This document shows positions 26,110 through 40,124 of a stretch of 64,000 nucleotides of DNA, piece by piece (within the stretch, counting starts at the first letter, position 1; every line of letters starts with the position of its first letter). Both the position numbers and the translations under genes were made by a program. A model generated the notes under the pieces. That model saw only the letters and a list, made by a program, of their open reading frames with translations, was not told the origin of the DNA and did not search any database. Source of the stretch: the human T2T-CHM13v2.0 reference genome, Homo sapiens; assembly GCF_009914755.1 (NCBI RefSeq), contig NC_060927.1; one strand, given 5' to 3'.

Positions 26110-29100
26110 TAAATATTATACTAGAATTATAAGCAAAAGGGTGTGAAATCAAGAAAAACTATAGGACAATATTTCCAATGAACACTGACACAAAAGTCAG
26201 CAGTTAAATATTAGCAAATCAAATTCAACAGCATATCAGAAAGATTATACATCATAATCAAGTGAGATTTATCCCTGGAATAAAAGGTTGGTTTAATATA
26301 AACAAATCAGTTGGTGATATATCATATTAACAGACATAAAGTCAAAAAGCCACATGATCATATCTATTGACAAAGAAAAAGTATTTGACAAAGTTTAACA
26401 TCCTTTCTTCATAAAAACTTCTAACACTTTAGGTATAGAAGGAAAGTTCCTCAATGTAATAAGGGCTATTTATGGAAAACCCACAGCTAACATAAACAAT
26501 GGGAAGAAACTGACAGCATTTCCTCTGAGATCTGGTATAAGACAAGGATGCCTACTGTATTAGTCCATTTTCATCCTGCTGATGAAAACATACCTGAGAC
26601 TGGGCAATTTACAAAAGAAAGAGGTTTATTAGACTTACAGTTCCATGCAGCGGGGAGGCCTCACAATCACAGTCATGGCAGAGATGAAAGGAATGTCTCA
26701 CGTGGTGGCAGACAAGAGCTTGTGCAGGGGAACTCCCATTTTTAAAACCATCAAATCTCATGAGTCTTACTCACTAACATGAGAGGGTAGCACAGGAAAG
26801 ACCTCCCACCCATGATTCAATTACCTGCTACCAGGTCCATCCCACAACACGTGGGAATCGTGGGAGTTACAAATCAAGATGAGATTTGGGTGGGGACACA
26901 ACCAAACCATATCATTCTGCCCCTAGCGACTCCTAATCTTGTTCTAACATTTCAAAACCAATCATGCCTTCCCAACAGTCCCCCAACATCTTAACTCATT
27001 TCAGCATTAACTCAAAAGTCCAAAATCTCATCTGAGACAAGGCAAGCCCCTTCTGTCTATGAGCCTGTGTAAAATCAAAATCAAGTTAGTTACTTCCTAG
27101 ATACAATGGGGGTACAGGAATTGGGTAAATATAGCCATTCCAAATGGGAGAAATTGGCCAAAACAAAGGGGTTACAGGCCCCATGCAAGTCGGAAATCCA
27201 GCAGGGCAGTCAAATCTTAAAGCTCCAAAATGATTTCCTTTGACTCCAGGTCTCACGACCAGGTCATGCTGATGCAAGAGGTGGGTTCCCATGGTCTTGG
27301 GCAGCTCTGCCCTTGTGGCTTTGCAGGGTAGAGCTTTTCCTCCAGCTGCTTTCATGGGCTGGCATGACATTGAGTGTCTGCAGCTTTTCCAGGTACACAG
27401 TGCAAGCCGTCAGTGGATCTACCATTATGGGGTCTAGAGGATGATGGCCCTCTTTTCACAGTTCGACTAGGTGGTGCCCCAGTAGGGACTCTATGTGGGG
27501 GCTCCAACCCCACATTTCTCTTCCACACTGCCCTAGCAGAGGTTCTCTATAAGGACCCCACCCCTGTAGCAAACTTCTGCCTGGATATCAAGGTGTTTCC
27601 ATACATCCTCTGAAATCTAGGCAGAGGCTCCCAAATCCCAAGTCTTGACTTCTGTGCACTTGCAGGCTCAACACCAGGTGGAAGCTGCCAAGGTTTGGGA
27701 ATTGCACCCTCTGAAGTCATGGCCTGAGCTCTATGTTGGCCCCTTTCAGCCATGGCTGGAGCAGCTGGGATGCAGGGTACCAAGTCCCTAGGCTGCACAC
27801 AGCAGAGGAACCCTGGGCCTGGCCCACTAAACAATTTTTTTCCTCCTAGGCCTCCAGGTCTGTGATGGGAGGGGCTGCCACAAAGGTCTCTCACATGCCC
27901 TGGAGATATTTTTTTCCATTGACTTGGTGATTAATATTCGGCTTCTCATTAGTTATGCAAATTTCTATAGCCGGCTTGGATTTCTCCCAGCAGAATGAGA
28001 TTTTCTTTTCTATTGCATTGTCAGGCTGCAGATTTTCTGAACTTTGATGCTCTGTTTCCCTTTTAAAACTGAATGCATTTAACAGCACTCAAGTCACCTC
28101 TTGAATGCTTTGCTGCTTAAAAATTTCTTTCACCGGATACCCCAAATCATCTCTCTCAAGTTCAAAGATCCACAAATCTCTAGGGCAGGGACAAAATGCT
28201 GCCAGTCTCTTTGCTAAAACATAACAAGAGTCACCTTTGCTCCAGTTCCCCAAAAGGTCCTTATTTCCATCTGAAACCACCTGAGCCTGGACTTTATTTT
28301 CCATATCACTATCAGCATTTTTGGCAAAGCCATTCAAGAAATCTCCAGGAAGTTCCAAACTTTCTCACATCTTCCTGTCTTCTTCTGAGCCCTCCAAACT
28401 GTTCCAAACTCTGCGTGTTACACAGTTCCAAAGTCGCTTCCACATTTTCAGGTATCTTTTCAGGAGCACCCCACTCTGCTGGTACCAATTTACTGTATTA
28501 GTTCATTTTCATGCTGCTGATAAGGACATACCTGAGACTGGGCAATTTACAAAAGAAAGAGGTTTATTGGACTTACAGTTCCACATGGCTGGGGATGCAT
28601 CACAATTATGGCAGAAGGTGAAAGGCACATCTCACATGGTGGTAGAATTTGGTAAAGTTGCAAGATATAAAATCAACATACAAAAATCTGTGGGATTTAT
28701 ATATGCAAATAATGACCTAGGTGAAACAGAAAGCAAAAAGACAATCTGATTTACAATAGCATAAAAATTGAAATTCTTAGGAATAAATTTAACCAAAGAG
28801 GTGAAAGACCTGTCCCCTGAAAACTATAAGACATTAATGAAAGAAATTGAAAAGGATACAAAGCTATAGTAAACAAAACAGCATGGTACTGGCATAAAAG
28901 AGGCATGTCAGCCAGTGGAACAGAAGGGAGAGTCCCAAAATAAATCCAAACATTTACAGTTAACTAATTTTCACCATAGATACCAACATGATGCAATGGG
29001 AAAAAGATAGTGTTTTCAATAAATGGTGCTCAGAAAACTGGATTTTCACATGCAAAAGAAATACATTGGACCCTTCCAGCACACACAAAAATTAATTTAG

Positions 29101-30425
29101 AATGGATTAAAGACTTAAACATAAGAAATGAAGCCATAAAACTCCTGGAAAAAAACATAGGGGAAAAACTCCTTGACATTGGCCTTGGCAATGATTTCTT
29201 GAATATCACACCAGAAGTTTAAGCTACAAAAGCAAAAGTAAATAAGTATGACTATATCAAATCAAAAAGCTTTTGCATAGCAAAGAAAACAATCAACAAA
29301 ATGAAAAGACAACCTACGGATTGGAAAAAATATTTGCAAATCATGTATCAGAGAAAGGGTTAATATAAAAGATTTATAAAGATCTCATCCAACTCAATAG
29401 TGAGAAAACTTATAACCCACTTATAACTGGGTAAGGACTGAAATACGTATTTCTCCAAAGATGACATAAAAGTTGCCAACAAGTGTATGAAAAAGAGCTC
29501 AACATTACTAATAATCAGGAAAATACATCATAAGCAACTATAAGATACCACCTCACGCCTGTTAGGATAGCTGGTATCAAAAAGACAAGAGATAAAAAAT
29601 GTTGATCAGGGTGTGGAAGAAAGGGAAGCCTTGTACACTTTTGGGAATGTAGATTGGTACAGCCATAAAAAAAGTATAGAAGTTCCTAAAGAAATTAAAA
29701 ATATAGCTACTATATGATCCAGCAATATCTCTTTTGGGTATATACTCAAAGGAGATAAAATCACCACCTCGTAAAGATATCTGCACTCTCATATTCATTG
29801 CAGCATTGTTCATACAATACCTAAGATACAGAAACAACCTAGGTGTACATCAGTGGATGAATGGATAAAAAATCTATAGTGTATATATACAAAGAAATAT
29901 TATTCAGCCTTAAGTACAAAGAGATTCTGCCATTTGCCACGACATATATGAATCTGAAGGGCATTATGCTACGTGAAGTAAGTCAGACACAGAAAGAAAA
30001 ATATCACATGACTTCACTTATATATGGAATCTTAAAAAAATGGCAGGGGAGTCAAATCAATAAAAAGAGATAGAAAATAAAACAGTGGTTATCAGAGTTC
30101 AGGTCTGGGGGAGAAAATGGGAAGATACAGGCCAGAGGATACAAAGTAGCAACGTAGGATGAACAAGTTGAAAGATCTAATGTACAAATAGAGACTACAG
30201 TAAATAATAATGTACTGTAGTCAAGATTTTTGCTACATGGGTAGATTGTATCTTCACATGTGATAGGGCGAAAAATGAATAAATATGTAAGATGATGGAT
30301 TTGCTATTTTGTTTCACTGCAGCAATCATTTTACTATATACATGTATCATAACATCATGTTGTATAACTTAAATGTGCACAATACATTTTTTAATGAAAT
30401 GAAATATAAAAAATATAAAAAATAA
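26110..30425 (+). mobile_element. 5'-truncated L1MA-type LINE-1 (ORF2 remnants + 3' UTR + A-rich tail) interrupted by THE1
   Basis: ORF2 remnants EFGKVARYKINIQKS, HTKINLEWIKDLNIR, EILPFATTYMNL; L1MA-like 3' UTR GGATACAAAGTAGC...AGATCTAATGTACA; A-rich end. Confidence 0.9.
26556..28645 (-). mobile_element. THE1 (A/B-like) MaLR element: full LTR 26556-26914, internal region, truncated LTR 28494-28645
   Basis: Two copies of TGTATTAGT..ATTTTCAT.CTGCTGAT.A..ACATACCTGAGACTGGGCAATTTACAAAAGAAAGAGG flank a ~1.58-kb THE1-int sequence. Confidence 0.92.
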
Positions 30426-32851
30426 TTTTGAAAAATGCTTTGAAAGCACGTATGAAGAATAGCCATCATTATAAAACACAGAGCTTCCAAATTTCTGTAA
30501 CTAAATAACACCTTCAGAGAAATTGCTTATATTACCTAAACATCTCTGAATAACTTCTTAAAATTCCCAGAAAAGCCATATGTGGATTTTTATGCATGCA
30601 CCTCCAAGAAGCTTTAATTATCTTAATCATATTCACTACTGGTATTAAAAGTACTACAGATAAATTGCTATTAAATATTATTTAAACAGTCATTAATATT
30701 TGATAGATTTAATGTGTATATAAACTGTTCTTAATTTTCATATAAGTATTATAGAGTAGTGAATAATGTATATTATATATAATTCATAATTATACATAGT
30801 ACATACTGTATTACATACTATGTATTCTGTAAATGCATTTGTATAAATGTGAAAATATATTAAATGTTAAAATTATATATGTATGTATACTTTTAGTCGA
30901 CACTTTTATTTTGGCAAAACATTAAGTATTAAATCACTAAATTTTCCTTGTCTTCCATAAAAAAGTAGCATAAGGAAAGCTGTGGAAATAAAAAAAAAAA
31001 CTAAGGATTCCAGATAATCATGTGATTAGGTTATAGAATAAAGGAGGATAAATGTCTGGAGAAAGAGTTGCAAAAATTAGGCCAAGCTGTAAAAGGGGGT
31101 CTTCTTGCTCATGCTAGGAATTTGGTTGGGATTTAGGGACACATTGAATATTGGCAGAGAAGGGTCAGGTAGCTGTATTTTCACACAGATCGATTCAGAG
31201 GAAATAATTCTATTTACCCAGAAGTGTAAATAAATGAATAAGATCAGACTTTTACTTAGAAGAGTATGGGGAAAATAGACAAAATTCAGAGACAGAGGAA
31301 GAGTTAAGCTAATACCAATGTTAACACTGAAATTTGTAGATTTAAAGGGTAAAGTAATTTGACTAAAGACACCCCTCTCCACCTAACACACACACAGTGC
31401 TGCTAGTGAACTCTGTATTAAGCTACAGTTTAAGTTCCTGGTTCTTGTTGTCTTACCAGCTTTGATAGTAACCAGGGAGATAGCTGGCAAGAGCTTCTAG
31501 GGGCAGGCAGGCAGGATTTTGGCTCGGATGGATACTACCAGATAAAAGGTCTTTCACAACCTCTTTGTTCATTTTGTGATATTTCTCAGTTTAGGGACTT
31601 TCTCTTCTCCTCTTCATATCACACACCCACTGCACCTCAGGAATTTGACTTCTCCTCCCTTAGTTACACATTCTCTCACTGCACTTATGGAATTTGAGTT
31701 ACTTCCTATCAGGTTTGAATCACCCTATTTGGCAATCCTGGAATTATTTGAAAATGCTCTCATCTCATCACTATTATTTTTCCTCTGTAAACAAGCCTCG
31801 TGTTTTTCCAGAGCCTCTTCTTTCAGTTGTGTTAATCTCATATTTATTTTTTACAGGCCTAGCTCCGTCTCTCTTTATCATAAGCAGCATAATGCTCTCT
31901 AGAAAGACTCTTTGATGAGGAAAAGGAATTCTGGTTCTAGTTTTGCCACTGATAGGTGTTCAGCTTTGTTTAAATGCTTTACCTCACTGGGCTTCCAGTT
32001 ATTCATTCGTGAAATACAGGAAGAGGCTAAAATAAACACACTTTGGCAGCTTTCCTTCCTTCTCATAAAATTCTGACTTTCAGTTTGTCCCAGGTAATCT
32101 GCCAGTCTATCCATCTGTTCCCTCCTTTAAACTAACAACTGTATGTTTATTACTGTATTGATTACATTGTATTGAAATAATCTTATTCATTTATTTATGT
32201 AATATATATAATATTTATTGAGGTAGTGCTGAGCATATGCCAGGGACTGGACTAAACCCAAATAACAAGACTCTTGTAACCAGTCCTTTTAGGTCTTACA
32301 GTGTAAGTGACAATACACATGAACATTCAGAAGTGTGATGGAAGTAGCCAAGGATAGAACTGAAGCGTCCTATGGCACGTAAGACAGAGGGATCTTCCTT
32401 AACCAGGAAGGAACTCCCTTAAAGAAGGAATTTACACCGAGACCGAAGGAAAGAAACAGAAAAGAAAGTGTTTTAGCAGAGGGAACCACATGTTAGAATG
32501 CCTGGAGGTGAGAGAGAATAAAAATTCAAAAGAAGTTCTGTTTGCTTAGGGAAGGAAAAAAAAACTGAAGGAAAAAGAAGTACCATGTAGAGATGTGGGT
32601 GTGTGACCAGATTTTGCTACAGGGAATTTTGAACTGTTTTAAAGTTTTGGTCTCTATTCTATGAACAATAAAAATCCTCCGGCAATTTTAAGCAGGATAG
32701 TGACCCAGTCATATTTGCGTTTTAACAGTTTTGATCTAGATTCATAATGATGCTGAAATTAAAATAATAACTAAATTTTATTTTATGCTTACTATAGCCA
32801 AAACTGTACATTCTTTATGTAAGTTGTCCTAGTATTCTTTACAACAACTAT

Positions 32852-33290
32852 ACTAGTTTCTTAGGGATGTGGCAACAAATTACCACAAACTAGGTGGCTT
32901 AAAAGAAATTCATTCTCTCATTTTTCTGGAGCCCAGACGTCTGAGATCAGGATACCAGTAAGGTCATAGGCTTTGTCTGAAGGGGATCTTGGGAAGTATC
33001 CTTCCCTGCCTTCTCCTAGCTTGTAGTGGTTACTCACAATCCCTGGTGTTGCTTGGCTTGCAGATCCATCACCCCAGCCTCTGCCTTTCCACATGACATT
33101 CTCCCCTGTGTCTCCCATTGCCTTCCCTCTGCCCATGTTTCTGTGTCCAAATTGTTCTCTCCTTATAAGGACATCAGTTATTGTATGGCTCACCCTAATC
33201 CAGTATTACCTTATTACTTCCGAAAAGCTCCTATTTCCAAATAAGTTCACACGCCGAGGTTTGGGCGGGGGGACACTTTGGAGAACACTA
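32852..33290 (-). mobile_element. MLT1 (A/C-like) solo LTR
   Basis: TAGTTTCTTAGGGATGTGGCAACAAATTACCACAAACTAGGTGGCTTAAAA...CTTATAAGGACATCAGT...CTATTTCCAAATAAG. Confidence 0.8.
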
Positions 33291-33469
33291 TTATTATTTT
33301 GGAGGATACTCTTTATCCTCATGCTGTAACTGTAAGATGTTTGCCTAACTGGAGAGGTGAGTGAGGAAACTGAGGCACTATGAAGTTTAAAAATATGTCC
33401 AAGGTCACAAAGCTAATATGTGGCAGAGACGATTGACAGAGAGACCAGCTAGGAAACGATTGCAGAGCC

Positions 33470-34249
33470 ATGATGATGGTGGCAATGGGGATGGCAACGT
33501 ATAGATGATTCTGATAAATATTTTTAGAGTAGACTCAATAACATTTGTTAATAATTTTGATGTGATGAGAAAGTAGGGAGGAGTCAAGAAAAACTACCAG
33601 TTTTTCTGGGTAGACCTCCTATTTATAGTGCTAGAAAACACTGGACAAAAGGATAGTTTTAGAGAGAAAGGAGAAAAATTCAGAGATGCCAGTGCTGAGT
33701 TTGAAGTGCCCAAGGAACATATAGTTATAAATGGATATAACGATCTGGCACTCAAAAGAAAGGTCTGTGTTAGACCATCAGAAAATTGTAGCATTCATTC
33801 ATCATTACTAAATACTTATGAGTGTCTGCCACATGTCAATTATTATCTTAGGTATCAAGGACACAGTTGTGAATAAGATAGGCAAGTTCCTGCCCTCATG
33901 GAAATGTCATTCTTGATGGGGGAGACAGATAATAAACAACAAAGATAAATAAGACAATTTCAACTAGGCATGTCTGCTGTGTAGACAATAAAAAGAGGTG
34001 ATATGAAAGTCAATGATTGGTACAGATTACCTTCTTCAGTTTGGAGGATGAAAGTAGGTTTCTCTGAAGTGGCGACAAGTGAGCTGAGACCTGCATGATA
34101 TGAGGTGATTTCAGGGATCTAAGTGCACAAAAGCCCAGAAGCAGTGATGATCTTGTAGTTTGTAAGGAACGGAAAAAAAGGTCTGTGGCTGGAGCATAGG
34201 GAACCTAGTGGTGGTACAGGGCGAGGAATCGGTAGAAGATGAGACCATG
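33470..34249 (+). mobile_element. L2 LINE fragments
   Basis: L2-like CATTCATTCATC...GTTCCTGCCCTCATGGA...GGGGAGACAGATAATAAACAA. Confidence 0.6.
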
Positions 34250-34583
<334 letters not shown>

Positions 34584-34621
34584 GATGAGACCACAATGTC
34601 AAGGAAGACGGCAAGACTGCA

Positions 34622-34622
<1 letters not shown>

Positions 34623-34661
<39 letters not shown>
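34623..34661. repeat. (TG)n microsatellite
   Basis: About 15 pure TG units plus a degenerate tail. Confidence 0.95.
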
Positions 34662-34954
34662 TCTTTGGAAGATTATGTTTCTTACAAAGATATACACACC
34701 CACACTGATTTTTGTTTCATTTAAAGCCATGGGAATAGAAGATATTGCTTAGAGAGACTGTGCAGAGTGAAGGAAAGCAAAAGCCTACAACACAGGCCTG
34801 CAGTCACTTAAGTCTCATGGATAAATGTGGTCAGACCAGAAGAAAGAAAACAATATGCTTTCATGTCTGTTTATCCCATTAAAATAAAAACTATGCCCCC
34901 ATTGCCAAGCAAACCTTCTTTTATGAAATTGTGTCAATAAATATTTAAAGAATT

Positions 34955-35375
34955 CATTTTTTAAGTTTTAAGGTCAGGGGTACATGTGCAGGTCTGTTAC
35001 ACAGGTAAACTTGTGTCATGGGGGTTTGTTGTACAGATTATTTCATCACCCAGGTACTAAGCCTAGTACCCATTAGTTATTTTTCCTGATCCTCTTTCTC
35101 TTACCTCCCTCCACCCTGCAAAAGACCCCAGTGTGTGTTGTTTCCCACTATGTGGCCATGTGTTCTCATCATTTAGCTCCCACTTATAAGTGAGAACATG
35201 TGGTATCTGGCTTTCTGTTTCTGTGTTAGTTTGCTAAAGATAATGGTCTCCAGCTCCATCCATGTCTCTGCAAAGGACATAATCTCATTCTTTTTCATGG
35301 CTGCATAATATACCAGCGTGTATATGTACCACATTTTCTTTATCCAGTCTGTCATTGATGGGCATTAAGGTTGAT
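34955..35375 (-). mobile_element. L1PA (older primate) 3' end fragment
   Basis: GGGGTACATGTGCAGG...CCCACTTATAAGTGAGAACATG...TTTATCCAGTCTGTCATTGATGGGCAT. The ORF DWIKKMWYIYT...KNEIMSFA matches the L1 ORF2 C-terminus. Confidence 0.9.
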
Positions 35376-35419
35376 GAATCGATATCAGATAGATGAAAGG
35401 AAATAGTATGGTAAGACCC

Positions 35420-35793
35420 TGGTATGGTTTTTGTGTCCCCACCCAAATCCAGTTGTTCAATTGTAATCCCCAGTGTTGGGGGAGGGACCTGGTGGGAGGC
35501 GATTGGATCATGGGGATGGATTTCCCCTTGTTGTTCTCATGATAGTGAGTGAGTTCTCATAAGAGCTGGTTGTTTAAACGTGTGTAGAGCTTCCCCCTTC
35601 ACTCCTTCTCTCCTGCCACCACATGAAGACATGCTTGCTTCCCCTTGGCCCTTCTGCCATGATTGTAAGTTTCCTGAGGCCCCCCAGCCATGCTTCCTGT
35701 GCAGCCTGAGGAACTGTCAGTCAAACTTCTTTTCTTTATAAATTACCCAGGCTCAGGTAGGTATTTATAGCAGTGCAAGAACAGACTAATACA
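35420..35793 (+). mobile_element. MSTA-like MaLR solo LTR
   Basis: TG.TATGGTTT..GTGTCCCCACCCAAAT...GCCATGATTGTAAGTTTCCTGAGG...GAACAGACTAATACA. Confidence 0.85.
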
Positions 35794-36909
35794 GATCCCC
35801 ATTCATGGTATGTTTCATCAATGGTCATGTCTTTACTTTTCCTGAGTCCACATCATTTTCTGTGTGACTTCACTGTTTTTGTCTATAAAAGGACTATAGT
35901 ATTGTTTCCCAACCGTTGACTTGCATAGTTTGACCCTGTGACTTGTGTTATCCATTGACATGAGGTGAAAATGATAGTGTGCCAGTTCTACATGCAGGTC
36001 ACAAGAGGCTTTGCATGTTCCTTTTATACACTTGCACTCCTGCCATTACCATGAGAAGAACATGCCTGAGCTAGACCCAAGGTAAAGAAGGAAAATGAAA
36101 GATTTCTCAGCTGTGCTGCCCCAGGCAAGCCTATCCTAGGGTAGAGCCCCAGTCAAACTGCAGGTATATAAGTGAGTTCAGACTGGGTCAGCCTTGATTA
36201 ACCCATTCAACTCACAAGCATGGTAGCTACAATAATGAAGGATTGGTCTTAAAACCATTGAATTTCGGGTGGTTTGGTACAGAGAAATGACTGATGTACT
36301 AATCTTTTGAGGGGATGACCTGACCAAACAAGCTATGGGAAAATGAGGAATAGATGAGCGGACCAGGCACAGGGCAGGGCATGGAGACAAGCATTTAACC
36401 ATCTCCCTCCCACATCTAAGTACATCTTAATGTCTTATGAAGATTCTAAGAATCCAGTAGAATCCAGTAGAAATATTTTCAAATTTGTATGAAAAAGGAA
36501 CAGGTTTTTGAGACATGATTCATTTTATTCCCTGCGTAAAGCTCTTCAAATTAGCCCAAAGTCTGGTGTGAAATGATAAAGCTTTTCTACATAAAAGCAG
36601 TACTTGAAGTTTAAGAATCATAGTTCATAATGTTATATATATATATATATACTTTATTATAGATGTTGGATTGTATTGTTACTTATCATATTAAAGATAT
36701 TAAAAATGACAATGTTAAAAAGAGTCAATGTGTATTTTGAAAAGCAACTAAGAATTGCTAATTTTGATTTTATAATGTTGAAAAAAGTATTCGATACCAA
36801 AATCAAGAGAACATGCAAAGGTCATGAAAAATATCACAGGTAAAGGGAAAGGCCTCTGGAGTCAGGAATGTACAAGGATGAATTTCAGCTCCACCATTTA
36901 ACTAGCTGT

Positions 36910-37741
36910 GGCAGCCATGAGAATGCACCTTCCAGACCTACAGGCAGCTTAATTGACTGGGCTCAGGCTACTGGCATTGAAACCTATTACTGTGTTTGGG
37001 TTCAGGCCATAACTTCCTTAGGCTTATCTGACCAATGACTGAGTATAGAGGAAATACTAGGCTGACCTGTTCCTGGGAGTTAGGCAAATCTTTTATCATT
37101 GAGTTTGGCTCAAGGGTTCACTATGATTTTGCTCAAACTTCTTTAGTCTATAGACAATCTTTCCTCGCAGTCTTCTTCATTCTGGGCCAGACTTGCATTG
37201 TGGTCTGTGATATGGTTTGGAGGTGTGTCTCCGCCAAATTTCATGTTGAAATATGACCCCTATGTTTGAGTTGAGGCATAGTGGGAGGTGTTGGGTCTTG
37301 TGGGTAAATCACTCATGAATGGCTTGGTGCTCTCCTTGATTAATGAGTGGTAATTGAGTTCGTGGGAAATCCGGTTGTGTAAAAGACTGTGCACTCCCCC
37401 CCACCCCCTTGGTCCCTCTCTTGCCATATAGATAAGTCTGTTCATTTTCACCATCCACCTTGATTGGAAGCTTCCTGAGTCCCTCACCAGAAGCACAGGC
37501 TGTCACCATGCTTTCTGGACAGGCTGCAGAACCATGAGCCAAAAAACCTCTTTTCTTTATGAATTACTTAGTCTCCGGTGTTCCTTTACAGCAATGCAAA
37601 AGGAACTGAAACAGACTGTTTTTTTTTCCCAGCCTTCTCCAGCTCTATTTCTATTTTCTTCAGCATAAGTGCTTCCTTTACTTAAATTTACACATTTAAT
37701 CCCATCTTGAGAGCTGCTTCTTGAGAACCCAGATTAACACA
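36910..37741 (+). mobile_element. LTR33-like ERVL LTR, interrupted by MSTB and itself splitting a MIR
   Basis: 3' end TTAATCCCATCTTGAGAGCTGCTTCTTGAGAACCCAGATTAACACA; MIR halves at ~36840-36910 and ~37742-37890. Confidence 0.6.
37208..37612 (+). mobile_element. MSTB-like MaLR solo LTR
   Basis: TGATATGGTTTGG...TCATGTTGAAAT...GCTTCCTGAG.CCCTCACCAGAAGCA...CAGAACCATGAGCCAA.AAACCTCTTTTC. Confidence 0.85.
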
Positions 37742-40124
37742 ATAGCCTCTCTGAGTCTCAGTTTTCTCATGTGTAAAATGTAACCTAGTCCATAGGATTG
37801 TAGTAATATTTAAACAAACCAGTGAATTTAAAACAAAATTGTACAGTGACTGCCATTTAGTAAACATTGAATTAATAGAACATTTTATTATTGTTGTTGT
37901 TATTATTACTTTTTAAGGTTTTTATTTTTTTAAGTCAAAATCATGAAACATATTAGCAGATATTGGGCTGAAGATTATCTGTTGCTGGGGAGAAATAGAG
38001 GTAAACAGATGGAAAACAAAATAACCAAGAAACAAACTAGGTAAATAATTAATGCAAATATTGCAGTCAAAAAATCACAAAAACTTAACGTTATTTTATC
38101 TATTAGCATTCTAAAAGGAAAGGTAATATTGACTATAGGGCCACTGGGAATTATATTCTCTTTTAATTGTGGAAACATTCAAGAGTATTCAAGTTAAACT
38201 GGACCATTTTCTCCCAGATATAAATCAGAATATCAGGGAGAGCTCTAGCAAGTACAGCAAAATGTTTTTCCTGGCTTGAATTATCCCAGTAATTGCATAT
38301 ATTCTGCATTTTGCTTAGGTTGAGAACACACAGGTAATTAATGGTCTTAATTTGACAGTGATTATAATTTTGGAATCATGCTTTTCTAAATATTATTTGT
38401 CTGAAACTAGAAGGCAATTGAAAAAGTTTTTTTTTTTTTTAAAAAAGACAAATAAATTAGTAAAACAATAAAAAAGGAAGGGGGATCAGGATAGCTTCTT
38501 TACAACTTCAAACATAATTAACAATTTTAAAGAGTAAGAAAAGTTTGCCAAGTGAATTTAGTTTTTCTTTTTCTAGATATTGTGCCTGGTACATATAAAT
38601 TCTCAGTAAATATTTGTTGTATTTAATTATATTGGAATAGCTCAGAAACAGAATATGTGATTGGAATTGTCTTTATTTAGATCTGTCCTAAAGCAGAAGG
38701 ATAAACAAGATTAACATTCCAGGTCATTTCCAGCTTTAGGAATATTTATGACACTATTTTGAAATGTTTATTCTAACAGTAAATTCCACTTTCTGTAGCA
38801 AAGTGCTATTTGAATTTTGTATCTCAGGCAGAGCTAATCAGGTTAGCTACTAATCATGTAATTAGAAATCAAAGTAGCTATGGTTGCGAAAAGTCGCACA
38901 GAAAACTGCTGTATTTGAATGTGACAATTTTCTTTTTCTCCGTGTCTCATTAGTATAAGCAAAAGCTACTATTCTAGAACATCAAAAGGTCCTTGAAACA
39001 TTGCAGTTGCTTTCAGAATAGTTTGGGGCCTCCAAAGAGAATCTCGTAGAATTTATCGGGGCTCTGTTGTTTTCTCAGAAAAAAAAAAAGGATAAAAAAA
39101 ACCTCTTTTCTTACATCAACTGTATAAGCAGTGAGTAGATCACTGGTTTTAAACAATTAGGATAGTGCTAAATTATTTCATATTTCCCTTTCCTCATTTT
39201 TCCACCCTTCAGAAATAGGTGTCAAACAGACTTGAATGTTATCCCAGCTCAGTATCTAGAAGCTTTATGGCCCTTAAGTACAATTTAATTTCCTCCTCAG
39301 CTCTTAATAAAATACGCAACCAATAGTAAATGTTCATTAATATTTGCTGAGTAAGTGATTTTGTAAAATGGGATAAACATAGTACCTACTCCAAAGAGTT
39401 ATCATGAGCATTAATACAAAGTCACAGAGACTGCCACCCAGTCAGCAATCCTGTAAGTTGCTAATTATTATATTATTAACTGTAAGACTATGCCACCTTC
39501 ATCCAAAATTCAGAGTGACCTGCTGTGAGCAATTTACTTTCACAACCCCTTAACTGATCTCTTTGCTTTCAGTTTCTTCTCTTCAACCTACTTTCCACAC
39601 CATACCAAAGTTATTATGTCTAAAATATAAATTTTATCATGATGAGTGCACCCAGCTTCCAATAGCTTCCCATTGTTTATGGCAATGGCTTTCAAAGTCA
39701 TTTGGTCACCCAATCCTAATAAAAACATAAATAAATGAATAAAGCATGTACCCCAGGAATATGTATATTTAATTATTTAGTTATGTCTATGGACCACAAG
39801 TTTGTGTTATTAAATCTTAAATGAAGTTGTGATCAAGATGAAATAAACACTAGTTTAAAGGTTTTCTTACATGGCTTTATTTTAACATTCAAGGCACAAT
39901 ATACACTTAAGAGTCGTTCAAACAATTGAGATATTAAATCATCCTCTTGATATTTAATTCATTTAGTTATCTATAGTTGGCTTTACCAGACCTTTCTGTA
40001 TCATCATTTTTATTGATAAGTTGCTGACAAAGAGCTGGTTCTAGTAGTAAAAGTGACAGCCCTCCTTGTCTCATGGAGTTTGCCTGTTCTTAACATTATT
40101 CATCTTACCTTCAACTCATGGTTT

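Noticed and set aside
26548-30073. Cluster of ORFs of 60-142 aa
   Set aside because: Fragments of THE1-int and L1 ORF2, broken by stops and frameshifts; not functional genes.
30640-30900. Very AT-rich stretch with TA-rich quasi-repeats
   Set aside because: Low-complexity sequence with no consistent unit or symmetry.
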